Positions 53,321-61,634 of a stretch of 64,000 bases of DNA are shown here, piece by piece. Made by a program: the position numbers and the translations under genes. A model generated the notes under the pieces. That model was not told the origin of the DNA, did no database searches, and saw only the letters and a program-made list of their open reading frames with translations. Every line of letters starts with the position of its first letter. Within the stretch, counting starts at the first letter, position 1. The DNA is from an uncultured Chloroflexia bacterium (GTDB taxonomy: Bacteria; Chloroflexota; Dehalococcoidia; Dehalococcoidales; RBG-16-60-22): NCBI GenBank assembly GCA_963759785.1, contig CAVXAM010000009.1:17593-81592 (forward strand), in the 5' to 3' direction.

Positions 53321-53827
53321 TTACTCTATCTTCTTAAACGCTTTAGCCGCCGCGCCGCAGATAGGGCATTTATCCGGGGCTTCACCTTTAACGGTATTGC
53401 CGCATACCTGGCAGATGTAGTAAGTAGCGTCTTCCGGCTTTTTGCCTTCCTTCATGTCTTTGAAAGCCTTGTCGAAGTAGCCGTAATGGATTTTCTCCAC
53501 CTTGTTCGCCCAGTCGAAGGATTGTTCCGCCCTATCATTCTTTTCTTTAATCGCTGTCTCGATAAATATCGGGTACATCATAGTGAATTCTTCGCGTTCT
53601 CCTAAACTAGCCCCGAAAAGGTTGTCCTTAGTCTTCCCAATAACGTCGATAACGTTCAGGTGATTACGGGCATGAACATTCTCCGCCTCCGCTACCGCCC
53701 GAAACAATTTCGCTATTTGCGGATAGCCTTCCTTGTCTGCCTTTTCGGCAAAAAGCGTATAACGGCGGTTAGCCGCACTCTCGCCTTTAAAAGCTGCTAC
53801 GATGTTGTTTTCGGTCTGATACGCCAT
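53321..53827 (-). CDS. rbr: rubrerythrin
   Basis: Ferritin-like diiron E..H motifs (AEAENVHARNH) and C-terminal rubredoxin CQVCGN...CPICG. Confidence 0.9.
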   Translation of the reverse strand: MAYQTENNIVAAFKGESAANRRYTLFAEKADKEGYPQIAKLFRAVAEAENVHARNHLNVIDVIGKTKDNLFGASLGEREEFTMMYPIFIETAIKEKNDRAEQSFDWANKVEKIHYGYFDKAFKDMKEGKKPEDATYYICQVCGNTVKGEAPDKCPICGAAAKAFKKIE

Positions 53828-53858
53828 AGCACACCCCCAATTTTAAAAAGATTTTACA

Positions 53859-54671
53859 CTAAGAGCGATATAAAATGCGAGCCGGTTTACGTGCTGGCAT
53901 CCGGTGGTATTTGTATTTAGGATACCCCACCATTAAAGCACCGTAAGGGGTAAAACCTTCCGGTATGCCGACAGCCTTTATCATGTCCGGATAAGAGCCG
54001 GCGGACATATAGAAGAACCCCGCCCAGCAGCAACCCAGACCTAGAGTATTCGCTGCGAGGTCGAAATATCCTAAAGCGAGAGCACAATCGGTAGCCGAAA
54101 TTGGATTATTCTTTTCGGCGAAAGCCAGCACTGCCGCCGGGGCGTTGTGCAGGAACATGTCCCTACCGGCGTCCGTCTGCTGGATAATTCCCTGGAACAT
54201 CGCCGCCATCTGCGGATTGCTTTTCATCACAAACCGCAGCCATTCCGCCCCGACGGCTGAAATCTGTTTCATCTTGGCACGGTCGTTAATGACCAGCCAC
54301 TGCACCTCTTGCCCATTATGGCCAGTGGGAGAATAGCGGGCGACATCAATAATCCGCTCGATTTCTTCTCGCGGAACCGCTTTATCCTGGAATTCGCGGA
54401 TTGACCGCCGACTTTTAATTAGCTGGGCGCACTGCTTAAAAGAAACCAACAGCGATTTAGCGATGACTGGAATTTGGTTCGCCGGCATTTCTTTATGCGT
54501 CAGACTGCCGGTCGGGCAAATCCCCACGCAATGCCCGCAGCGCATACAGAACTCATCCGTGCCCGGCACCTGGCTGGGATAGTCACCTTCTTTACCCCAA
54601 ATCATGCGGCATACCTGCGTACAGATGCCGCACTTGGTACAGGTCTCCCGGTTTATCTCGATTAAAGTCAT
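53859..54671 (-). CDS. nitroreductase-family protein with N-terminal 2x[4Fe-4S] ferredoxin domain
   Basis: CTKCGICTQVC and CMRCGHCVGICP, then RRSIREF nitroreductase signature. Confidence 0.8.
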   Translation of the reverse strand: MTLIEINRETCTKCGICTQVCRMIWGKEGDYPSQVPGTDEFCMRCGHCVGICPTGSLTHKEMPANQIPVIAKSLLVSFKQCAQLIKSRRSIREFQDKAVPREEIERIIDVARYSPTGHNGQEVQWLVINDRAKMKQISAVGAEWLRFVMKSNPQMAAMFQGIIQQTDAGRDMFLHNAPAAVLAFAEKNNPISATDCALALGYFDLAANTLGLGCCWAGFFYMSAGSYPDMIKAVGIPEGFTPYGALMVGYPKYKYHRMPARKPARILYRS

Positions 54672-54695
54672 GATAAAGTCTCCTCTCTTTATTTC

Positions 54696-55544
54696 TCACA
54701 GCGTTGTCGTTAAATAAGCCTTTACCCTTTTGCTCTTGCTTTGACATATCTTATAAAAATTTTCTGCCTCTGCTTTAGCGCTAAAAATAGCGAATAAAGC
54801 CGGTCCCGCGCCCGTAAGATGGGCGGAAACACCCGACCTAATGAAACCTAAAACTACATAACCCAACCCCGGATACATCTCTAAAGCGACATCTTCAAAC
54901 GTATTAGAAAGCGCTTCGGAACCGAAACTCTCCCCTTTTTTTAAAGTTTCGACCAGTTTTTTCGTTACAGAACCATCGCTAAAGCTGGACGGCTTAAGGG
55001 CGGCGTACATTTTAGCGGTCTTGCCTGGCTCAACTGCAACATTCGGAACAACCACAACAATCCATAACTTTTTTGAAGGGGGGAGGGGTGTTAATTTCTC
55101 GCCGCGTCCCTCGACTAAAGCCGTACCCCCTTTAAGGAAGAAAGGAACGTCCGAACCCAGCTGTGACGCTATTTTTTGTAAACTATCCGGAGATAGCTTA
55201 AGCTGCCAGAATTCGTTAAGTCCCTTAAGTAAAGCGACGGCATCGGAGCTATCGCCGCCGAGGCCGGACATCAAAGGGATACGTTTTTCTAACTTTATGT
55301 CTACTTCTCTGTTTTCAGCCGGTAAAAGGCTTAAAACCCTGCTTACGAGGCTCTTTTCCGCCTCCCAGCCCTGTGTGTCGCATTCGAACGTAAAACCCCG
55401 CCCAGCTTCAATATAGAGCGTATCATACAGGTCTATCGTCTGGAAGACGCTGCAAAGCTCGTGAAAGCCATCGGGACGGCTTCCCAGGACCTCCAGGGTC
55501 AGGTTTATCTTAGCCGGAGCTTTAATAGTTAGCACGTTGAACAA
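54696..55544 (-). CDS. ispE: 4-diphosphocytidyl-2-C-methyl-D-erythritol kinase
   Basis: APAKINL, GHMP kinase motif MSGLGGDSSDA, HLTGAGPA. Confidence 0.9.
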   Translation of the reverse strand: MFNVLTIKAPAKINLTLEVLGSRPDGFHELCSVFQTIDLYDTLYIEAGRGFTFECDTQGWEAEKSLVSRVLSLLPAENREVDIKLEKRIPLMSGLGGDSSDAVALLKGLNEFWQLKLSPDSLQKIASQLGSDVPFFLKGGTALVEGRGEKLTPLPPSKKLWIVVVVPNVAVEPGKTAKMYAALKPSSFSDGSVTKKLVETLKKGESFGSEALSNTFEDVALEMYPGLGYVVLGFIRSGVSAHLTGAGPALFAIFSAKAEAENFYKICQSKSKRVKAYLTTTL

Positions 55545-55612
55545 ATCCCTCTCGTTCTCCCTTTTTCAAAGGGAGACGATATCATCCTCTTTGTTCATCC
55601 ATATATATCAAC

Positions 55613-55635
55613 CATTCCGATGCAAATCGGAATCC
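55613..55635. repeat. hairpin-repeat family copy
   Basis: CATTCCGATGCAAATCGGAATCC. Confidence 0.45.
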
Positions 55636-55677
55636 AGTTACACGAATTTGTGTTCTTTTCGGTAATCATCCCTAATA

Positions 55678-56598
55678 TCATTTATCTGGATCCCGACTTT
55701 CGTCGGGATGGGTTTTAATTTTATCATCAGGTTTAGAAAATATATAAAAAAGTCTTGCCCATTCTTCTAACGTAAACGTCTCCGCGCGGCGCTGGGGGTC
55801 GATTTTCGCTTTAGCCAGTAAAGCCAATACCTGTTCTTTAGGTAAACCAAGTCCCTGCGCCAGCGAATTAGCCACCTGCTTACGGGCGGCGGTAAATCCA
55901 GCCCGTACCAGTTTAAAGAATCCCACCGTATTGTCCACCGGGACGGGCGGCTTTTGATAGACGTCTATTTTAACGACGGCGGAATCGACCTCCGGCGGGG
56001 GGAAAAAGGCGGCGGCGGGAACATCGGTGACGATACTGGGCTTGCCGTAGAACTGGACGGCGATGCTTAAAACGCTGCGGTCGCCAGCCGCGGCGACGAT
56101 AGTTTTAGCGACCTCTTTTTGCACCATCACCACCATCGTTGCCGGCTTGACAGGCGCTTCTAAAAAGTGGCGGAGGACGGGAGAGGTGATATAGTAAGGC
56201 AGATTGGCGACCACTTTATACGAACGGAGCTGCGGGGGGAAATGGGGGGCGCTGCCTTTTAATAAAGCGGCGGGGTCGGTGCCGAGGACGTCTTCATTAA
56301 GGATAACGACGTTTTCCGTCGGTAGTGTTTCTTGTAATATCGTTGCCAGGCGGTTATCCAGCTCGATAGCGATGACCCAACCCGCCCGCTTCGCCAGTTC
56401 GGCGGTCATTAGCCCCAGCCCCGGTCCCACCTCGATAACGGTATCTTCGCGCGTCAGGGCGGCGGCATCTAAGATTTTCTCCAACACAGCGTCATCGATT
56501 AAAAAGTGCTGCCCCAGACTTTTTTTCGTGCGGATATCGTAGCGGCGCAGCAGCTTTTTCGTCAGTCCCAGCAGAGAATCAGAGTTAGATTTTGCCAT
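55678..56598 (-). CDS. rsmA: 16S rRNA (adenine1518/1519-N6)-dimethyltransferase
   Basis: LGQHFL, VIEVGPGLG, NLPYYI motifs; the last about 12 codons are encoded by a hairpin repeat (55688-55712). Confidence 0.9.
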   Translation of the reverse strand: MAKSNSDSLLGLTKKLLRRYDIRTKKSLGQHFLIDDAVLEKILDAAALTREDTVIEVGPGLGLMTAELAKRAGWVIAIELDNRLATILQETLPTENVVILNEDVLGTDPAALLKGSAPHFPPQLRSYKVVANLPYYITSPVLRHFLEAPVKPATMVVMVQKEVAKTIVAAAGDRSVLSIAVQFYGKPSIVTDVPAAAFFPPPEVDSAVVKIDVYQKPPVPVDNTVGFFKLVRAGFTAARKQVANSLAQGLGLPKEQVLALLAKAKIDPQRRAETFTLEEWARLFYIFSKPDDKIKTHPDESRDPDK

Positions 56599-56606
56599 AA
56601 CGAACC

Positions 56607-56878
56607 GAGGCCGTGCATCCCGTCCTCGACTTTGCCTAACGGCTTACCCGTGCCAGCCGGCTCCAGCCAGGCTTACCTGCGGCACCCAGAATTAGCCATT
56701 TACCGCTGCTTCCTCTCGGACCTGACGGGGTTCACAGCATTCTGCCGCGCAGGACCCAGCCTTCAACGCCACTTAACAAGGGCAGTCCCACCAGACAAAA
56801 GCCTCAAACAGGAATTCGACCCTGCTATAGCGGATTTCAGGTACAGGGCACCGCTGGCTCCCCATCTAGCACGACCTC
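56607..56878 (-). ncRNA. ffs: signal recognition particle RNA, long (Alu-domain-containing) type
   Basis: Minus strand reads GAGGTCGTGC...GGCGGTGCCCTGTACCTG (Alu-like 5' domain) ...CCGTCAGGTCCGAGAGGAAGCAGC (domain IV motif)...GCACGGCCTC. The terminal 10-bp helix pairs the two ends. Confidence 0.8.
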
Positions 56879-57173
56879 ATTAGAAAGGGTAAAGGGTTAA
56901 AAAATGTTTGTCAAGGTTTTAACTTTTTTAGTAGTGGGGCAATTATAACAGGGTTGATAAAAAGTTGTTATATATAAAAAATAATCGTGTATATATTTAT
57001 ATTATTACGAGATTATATTTTATATTACGATATTGGTGGATACTACTCAATAATAATTGGTTGTTAGTATGTATTTTGTAGAAATTAGTCAGGGGGGGCT
57101 TGACAAACAGACAAAGAGCAGATATGATTATGTTAGGTATCATTATGAAAAGAGGCGACATAGGGTTTTGTCC

Positions 57174-57695
57174 CTATGAAGTCTCTTTTCTCGTTTTTAG
57201 GTCTCTTATTATATCATCTAGATAATATATCCGAATTCTATCATGCAATTTTCTTAATAAATAAGAAGAGCCTCCTCGACTGCAAACTATGATGCAGTCA
57301 AGTTTGCCTTTTGAGTACAAGTGCTCTACTAAACAAGAATAGTCACCATCACTTGTTATTATTATTGCTTTTGCGTAATCGTTAATATCTATCATGGCCT
57401 TTAATGTCAAGTTTACATCTACATTGCCCTTGATTTCGTCTCCCCAAATAGCTACTTGTTTGAATATTAATTCGTATCCTTGATCTTTTAAACTTTCGTA
57501 CAAAATCCCGAACTTAGGTACATAACCAACAAAGTAATAGGCGATTTTAACAGCATGCTTATCTCGCAGATAAACTCGGAAATCACTTAAGTCCAATTCC
57601 ACTTCGAGGGCTTCAAGTTCTTCTTCTATTTCTTTGACTGATTTATAGAAGTTCTGCCCGTCAATGAAAGCATAATTCGTTAATGTTTTAACCAT
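57174..57695 (-). CDS. NYN-domain (LabA/PIN-like) protein
   Basis: AFIDGQNF, GNVDVNL, ITSDGDYSCLV motifs; AT-rich codon usage. Confidence 0.8.
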   Translation of the reverse strand: MVKTLTNYAFIDGQNFYKSVKEIEEELEALEVELDLSDFRVYLRDKHAVKIAYYFVGYVPKFGILYESLKDQGYELIFKQVAIWGDEIKGNVDVNLTLKAMIDINDYAKAIIITSDGDYSCLVEHLYSKGKLDCIIVCSRGGSSYLLRKLHDRIRIYYLDDIIRDLKTRKETS

Positions 57696-57811
57696 TTTCT
57701 GATAAACTCACAATTTCTTCAATAGTCCAAATATGGTTAGTTAATCCGGCTGCCATCGCTGGTGTTTCCAGATTCATTATCCGAATGGGGAAAAAGGACA
57801 GAACCTTTTTG

Positions 57812-58543
57812 TTACTTCCCCTCTTCCAGCCGCATGATTAAAGTCATCGGGAGTCCTGCCTGCATCATTTTATCCTGCGTGGCGCGGACATCGTAAGGCA
57901 CGCGGTAGAGGTGAAAGATGCCGTCGTCGCTATCATAAATAGCGTAGCTGGCGCGCGGGTCGCCGTCGCGGGGCTGACCTACCGCACCCGGATTGATAAT
58001 AACCCTCGATTGCCCTAAGAAAATTTTCGATTCGTGAACCAGCTCGATGGTCGAGACCTTATGCTTCTCTTGCCGGAAGGCTAAAGGCACATGGGTATGC
58101 CCCACTAAACAATAACGCGTATTAAAAAACGAGAAGTTCCGGTTGGCGCTGCTGGTGGTGACGATATATTCAAACAGGTTGGAGGAGGGACTGCCGTGCA
58201 CCAGTAGAAAGTCGCCCTTAACGACGGTTTTGGGTAACGCTCCCAGGTAAAGCGAATCCATCGCGCTTAATTGCCCGCTCGTCCATGCGCAGGCTTCCGC
58301 CGCCGCCGGATTAAAATAAGAAAGCTCGATTTTACCCACCGAGCCGAGGTCGTGATTGCCGGCGACGCAAACGGTTTTTAGTCCCCGCAGCAGTTTGATA
58401 CATTCGTTAGGGTTCGGACCATAGCCGACGATATCGCCCAGGCACCATACCTCGTCCACGACGCCCTTTTTCTTAATGTCCTCTAGCACCGCGACCAGAG
58501 CCGCCAGATTCGAATGTATGTCTGCCAGGATTGCGCACCGCAT
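57812..58543 (-). CDS. metallophosphoesterase-family protein
   Basis: ILADIHSN, GDIVGYGP, GNHD, GHTH motifs. Confidence 0.85.
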   Translation of the reverse strand: MRCAILADIHSNLAALVAVLEDIKKKGVVDEVWCLGDIVGYGPNPNECIKLLRGLKTVCVAGNHDLGSVGKIELSYFNPAAAEACAWTSGQLSAMDSLYLGALPKTVVKGDFLLVHGSPSSNLFEYIVTTSSANRNFSFFNTRYCLVGHTHVPLAFRQEKHKVSTIELVHESKIFLGQSRVIINPGAVGQPRDGDPRASYAIYDSDDGIFHLYRVPYDVRATQDKMMQAGLPMTLIMRLEEGK

Positions 58544-58632
58544 TTGGCAATAATATAGCAGGTTTTAGGTGGAAAGGGAATAGGAGATGGCGATAAATTC
58601 AGTCAAAAGGCAAATATGCTATAATTTTAGCT

Positions 58633-59625
58633 ATGAAAGTCAGAGAGCTGGGCGAGTTCAGGCTGATCGATAAGCTGAATAAAATGATAGCCGACGCCAA
58701 ACTCGATAAAGCGTCGCCCGACCTTATCCTCGGTATCGGCGATGATACGACCGCCTGGCAGGGCGATAATAAAATCCAGCTTGCCACTGTCGATACCATG
58801 GTGCAGGGCGTCCACTTTACGCTGAATACGATTACCTGGCGGGAGCTCGGCTGGAAGTCCCTGGCGATCAACCTAAGCGACATCGCCGCGATGGGCGGGG
58901 TACCGCGTTACGTTTTGGTTGCCCTGGCTTTACCGGAGGATACGGAAGTAGCTAACGTTACCGACCTGTATCAGGGTTTAATAGAAATCGCGAAAGAGTA
59001 TCAGGTAGCTATCGTCGGCGGTAATATCAGCCGCGCGTCGGAAACCTCAATCACGATAACCGTGCTGGGAAACTGTCCGCAAAATAAAATCCTGCAACGC
59101 TCTAATGCTAAAGCGGGCGACGCTATCGCCGTCACCGGGCACGCCGGCAGTGCAGCTGCCGGATTGGTAATGTTGACGAAAAAACTTAAATTCAAAGCGG
59201 CGGACGCTAAATATCTTAGTAACGCTTTTCTGCGACCCGTACCGCGCATTGCTGAAGGACGAATACTCTTAAAGTACGGCATCACTACTGCCATCGACAC
59301 CAGCGACGGATTACTCGCCGATTTACACCATGTCTGCGAAGCAAGCAAGGTCAGCGCCAAGGTCAATGTCGACTTAGTGCCGATTCACAACGCAGTTAAA
59401 AATAACTTTAAAGAAAAAGCGTTAGCAATGGCGCTAGGGGGCGGGGAGGACTACGCGCTGCTTTTTACCGGCAGCGCCGAAGCTATCAGTAAAGTGAAAA
59501 ATGCCACCAAGTGTCCGGTAACCGTTATCGGGGAGATAACTAAAGGCAAGCCGGGAGAAATCAACCTAGTTAATGCCAGCGGCAAACCAGTGAAAATTAA
59601 AAAGACGGGCTGGACGCATTTTTAA
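58633..59625 (+). CDS. thiL: thiamine-monophosphate kinase
   Basis: GEFRLI, GIGDDTA, AINLSDIAAMGG, PurM-like fold pattern. Confidence 0.9.
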   Translation: MKVRELGEFRLIDKLNKMIADAKLDKASPDLILGIGDDTTAWQGDNKIQLATVDTMVQGVHFTLNTITWRELGWKSLAINLSDIAAMGGVPRYVLVALALPEDTEVANVTDLYQGLIEIAKEYQVAIVGGNISRASETSITITVLGNCPQNKILQRSNAKAGDAIAVTGHAGSAAAGLVMLTKKLKFKAADAKYLSNAFLRPVPRIAEGRILLKYGITTAIDTSDGLLADLHHVCEASKVSAKVNVDLVPIHNAVKNNFKEKALAMALGGGEDYALLFTGSAEAISKVKNATKCPVTVIGEITKGKPGEINLVNASGKPVKIKKTGWTHF

Positions 59626-59642
59626 ACAAACGGAGACGTATC

Positions 59643-60104
59643 ATGGTAGCCATACCTAAAGTCACGCTCAACACCGACCTTAACGAGGGGTTCTGCTTCG
59701 GGTGCGGACAGAATAATCCCATCGGGATGAAACTCCGCTTCGTTAAAGACGGGGAGACCATTCGCGCCGAATTTACGCCGGATAAAATGCACCAGGGCTG
59801 GCCCGGCATGCTGCACGGCGGCATACTGGCATGTTTGCTGGATGAAGCGATGAGCAATATCGCTTATGCCACGGGCAACACCACGATGACCGCCACTATC
59901 GATATCCGCTGGCGGCAGCCGGTTAAAGTAGAGGTGCCCCTGGTTGTTACCGCCTGGATAACCCGCCACCGTAAAAAAATCATCGAGACAGCCAGTAAGG
60001 TAACGTTAAAAGACGGCACCATCATCGCCGAAGGCACCGCCAAGCAGTTCGTTGCCGAAAACCTGGCAGAAGACAAAGTCAAGGAGACCCGCAGCCATGT
60101 CTAA
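59643..60104 (+). CDS. PaaI-family hotdog thioesterase
   Basis: CFGCGQNNPIGMKL, HGGILACLLDEAM. Confidence 0.75.
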   Translation: MVAIPKVTLNTDLNEGFCFGCGQNNPIGMKLRFVKDGETIRAEFTPDKMHQGWPGMLHGGILACLLDEAMSNIAYATGNTTMTATIDIRWRQPVKVEVPLVVTAWITRHRKKIIETASKVTLKDGTIIAEGTAKQFVAENLAEDKVKETRSHV

Positions 60105-60762
60105 AGCCCATCTTGAAGCCGTACTCTGGGACATGGACGGCGTAATCGCCGATACGGCTGATTATCATTACGGCGCCTGGCGGGAGGTCCTGAAAGCGTA
60201 CGGGGTTGAGTTTACCAGAGAGGACTTCATGCAGCTTTTCGGACAAAGGCACGATACGATTATCAAATTCGGTCTCGGTAAACTCCCGCCGAAAGAAGTA
60301 CAGCAGATATCCGAGAAAAAACAGGCGATTTACCGCCGCAATATAGCGAAAAATATTGTTCCGCTGCCCGGCGCGGTCGACTTAATAAAGTCCCTCAACC
60401 AGCACGGCATCAAGACGGCTATCGCTTCATCGGCGGTGCCGGCTAATATCGACGTCATTCTCCAGGGACTGGGAATCGAAAAGAGTTTCCAAGCTATTGT
60501 CCCCGGCACGGAAGTAGCCGAAGGGAAACCAAGTCCGCAGATATTCCAGCTGGCGGCGAAAAAACTCGACGTTAATGCCGGCAACTGTGTTGTTATCGAG
60601 GACGCTATCGCCGGCGTGGCAGCGGCGAAACGGGCGGGGATGAAATGCGTGGCGGTGACCAACAGCCACCCGGCTAAAAAACTGGAAGACGCCGACCTCA
60701 TTGTTGATACCCTGGAGCAGGTCAATGTTTCAGTGCTGACTGGATTATTTGATAAGGAGTGA
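60097..60762 (+). CDS. HAD-family hydrolase (beta-phosphoglucomutase-like)
   Basis: AVLWDMDGVIADT motif I, ASSA, EGKPSP, EDAIAG; ATG 60097 overlaps the previous stop by 8 nt. Confidence 0.85.
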   Translation: MSKAHLEAVLWDMDGVIADTADYHYGAWREVLKAYGVEFTREDFMQLFGQRHDTIIKFGLGKLPPKEVQQISEKKQAIYRRNIAKNIVPLPGAVDLIKSLNQHGIKTAIASSAVPANIDVILQGLGIEKSFQAIVPGTEVAEGKPSPQIFQLAAKKLDVNAGNCVVIEDAIAGVAAAKRAGMKCVAVTNSHPAKKLEDADLIVDTLEQVNVSVLTGLFDKE

Positions 60763-60764
60763 AA

Positions 60765-61181
60765 ATGGAAAGGTCTCTGGTTCTCATCAAACCTGACGCT
60801 ATGGAAAGAGGGCTGGCGGGTGTAATAATCGGGCGGCTGCAGGGGTCGGGGCTAAAGCTGATTGGACTTAAGATGCTGCATCTGGATAAAGCCCTGGCAG
60901 AAAAGCATTACGCCGTTCATAAAGGCAAGTCCTTTTACAACGACTTAGTGGAATATATAACTTCCGCCCCTATCATCGCCGCGGTTTTCGAGGGCGAAGG
61001 AGTTATCGGACGCATTAGAGAACTGATGGGCGCCACCGACCCCGCTAAAGCCGCCCCTGGGACGATACGCAAGGACTTCGGACTCGATATTCAGCGGAAT
61101 GCCACTCATGCTTCAGATTCGCTGGAAAACGGTGAAATCGAGGTAGCCAACTTCTTTAAAAAGAACGAGCTTTTCGGATAA
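60765..61181 (+). CDS. ndk: nucleoside-diphosphate kinase
   Basis: ERSLVLIKPDA, RNATHASDS active-site His; ATG 60765 lies 7 nt after AAGGAG. Confidence 0.95.
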   Translation: MERSLVLIKPDAMERGLAGVIIGRLQGSGLKLIGLKMLHLDKALAEKHYAVHKGKSFYNDLVEYITSAPIIAAVFEGEGVIGRIRELMGATDPAKAAPGTIRKDFGLDIQRNATHASDSLENGEIEVANFFKKNELFG

Positions 61182-61184
61182 AGA

Positions 61185-61520
61185 CTACTGCATCCTTAAA
61201 ACGGTCTTGGCTCCCTGCCAGAGTTCATCGAGGGTATAATATTCACGCTCGGCTGCCCCGAAAATATGGACAACTACATCTGTGTAGTCCAGCAGCAGCC
61301 AGCCGGAGTCCGTGCCCCCCTCGTGGTGGTGAGGCAAAACGCCTTCTTTTTTCAGGGTTTTTTCGATTTCGTCGCTAATGGTGCGAATCTGGCGGGCGCT
61401 TTCGCCGGAGCAGATAATAAAATAGTCCGTAAAGCTGCATACTTCACGGACATCCAACAAAACGATATTGCTTGCCTGCTTATCGCTGGCGATATCGGTG
61501 GCGCGGCGGGCTAATTCCAA
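61185..61520 (-). CDS. rsfS: ribosome silencing factor
   Basis: Iojap-like NIVLLDV...TDYFIICSG...W.LLDY..VVVHIF. Confidence 0.9.
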   Translation of the reverse strand: MELARRATDIASDKQASNIVLLDVREVCSFTDYFIICSGESARQIRTISDEIEKTLKKEGVLPHHHEGGTDSGWLLLDYTDVVVHIFGAAEREYYTLDELWQGAKTVLRMQ

Positions 61521-61634
61521 TCCTTCCAGTTTTAAATCTCCTCTGCTCGTTCATAATTATACCACAACATTTTATCCACGATTGAAATATTGATATAATT
61601 ACTACTGATAAAAACCTCAGTAAAGGAAAATAAA

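Noticed and set aside
52643-53605. ORFs 52643-52864 (minus) and 53261-53605 (plus) beginning MPRFARNDRKNG / MPRLGFIGFRDDPSTNSGQA
   Set aside because: Their N-termini are translations of the hairpin repeats. The rest is antisense to cca and rubrerythrin respectively.
50234-55712. Possibility that the recurring hairpin repeats form a CRISPR array
   Set aside because: The copies are not identical, occur in both orientations, are separated by whole genes, and have no regular repeat-spacer periodicity. No cas genes are present.
56506-56883. 125-aa plus-strand ORF between rsmA and the AT-rich islet
   Set aside because: The region folds as a long SRP RNA on the minus strand (domain IV motif, Alu-like 5' domain, terminal helix). 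The ORF has no RBS and a Pro/Arg-rich nonsense translation.
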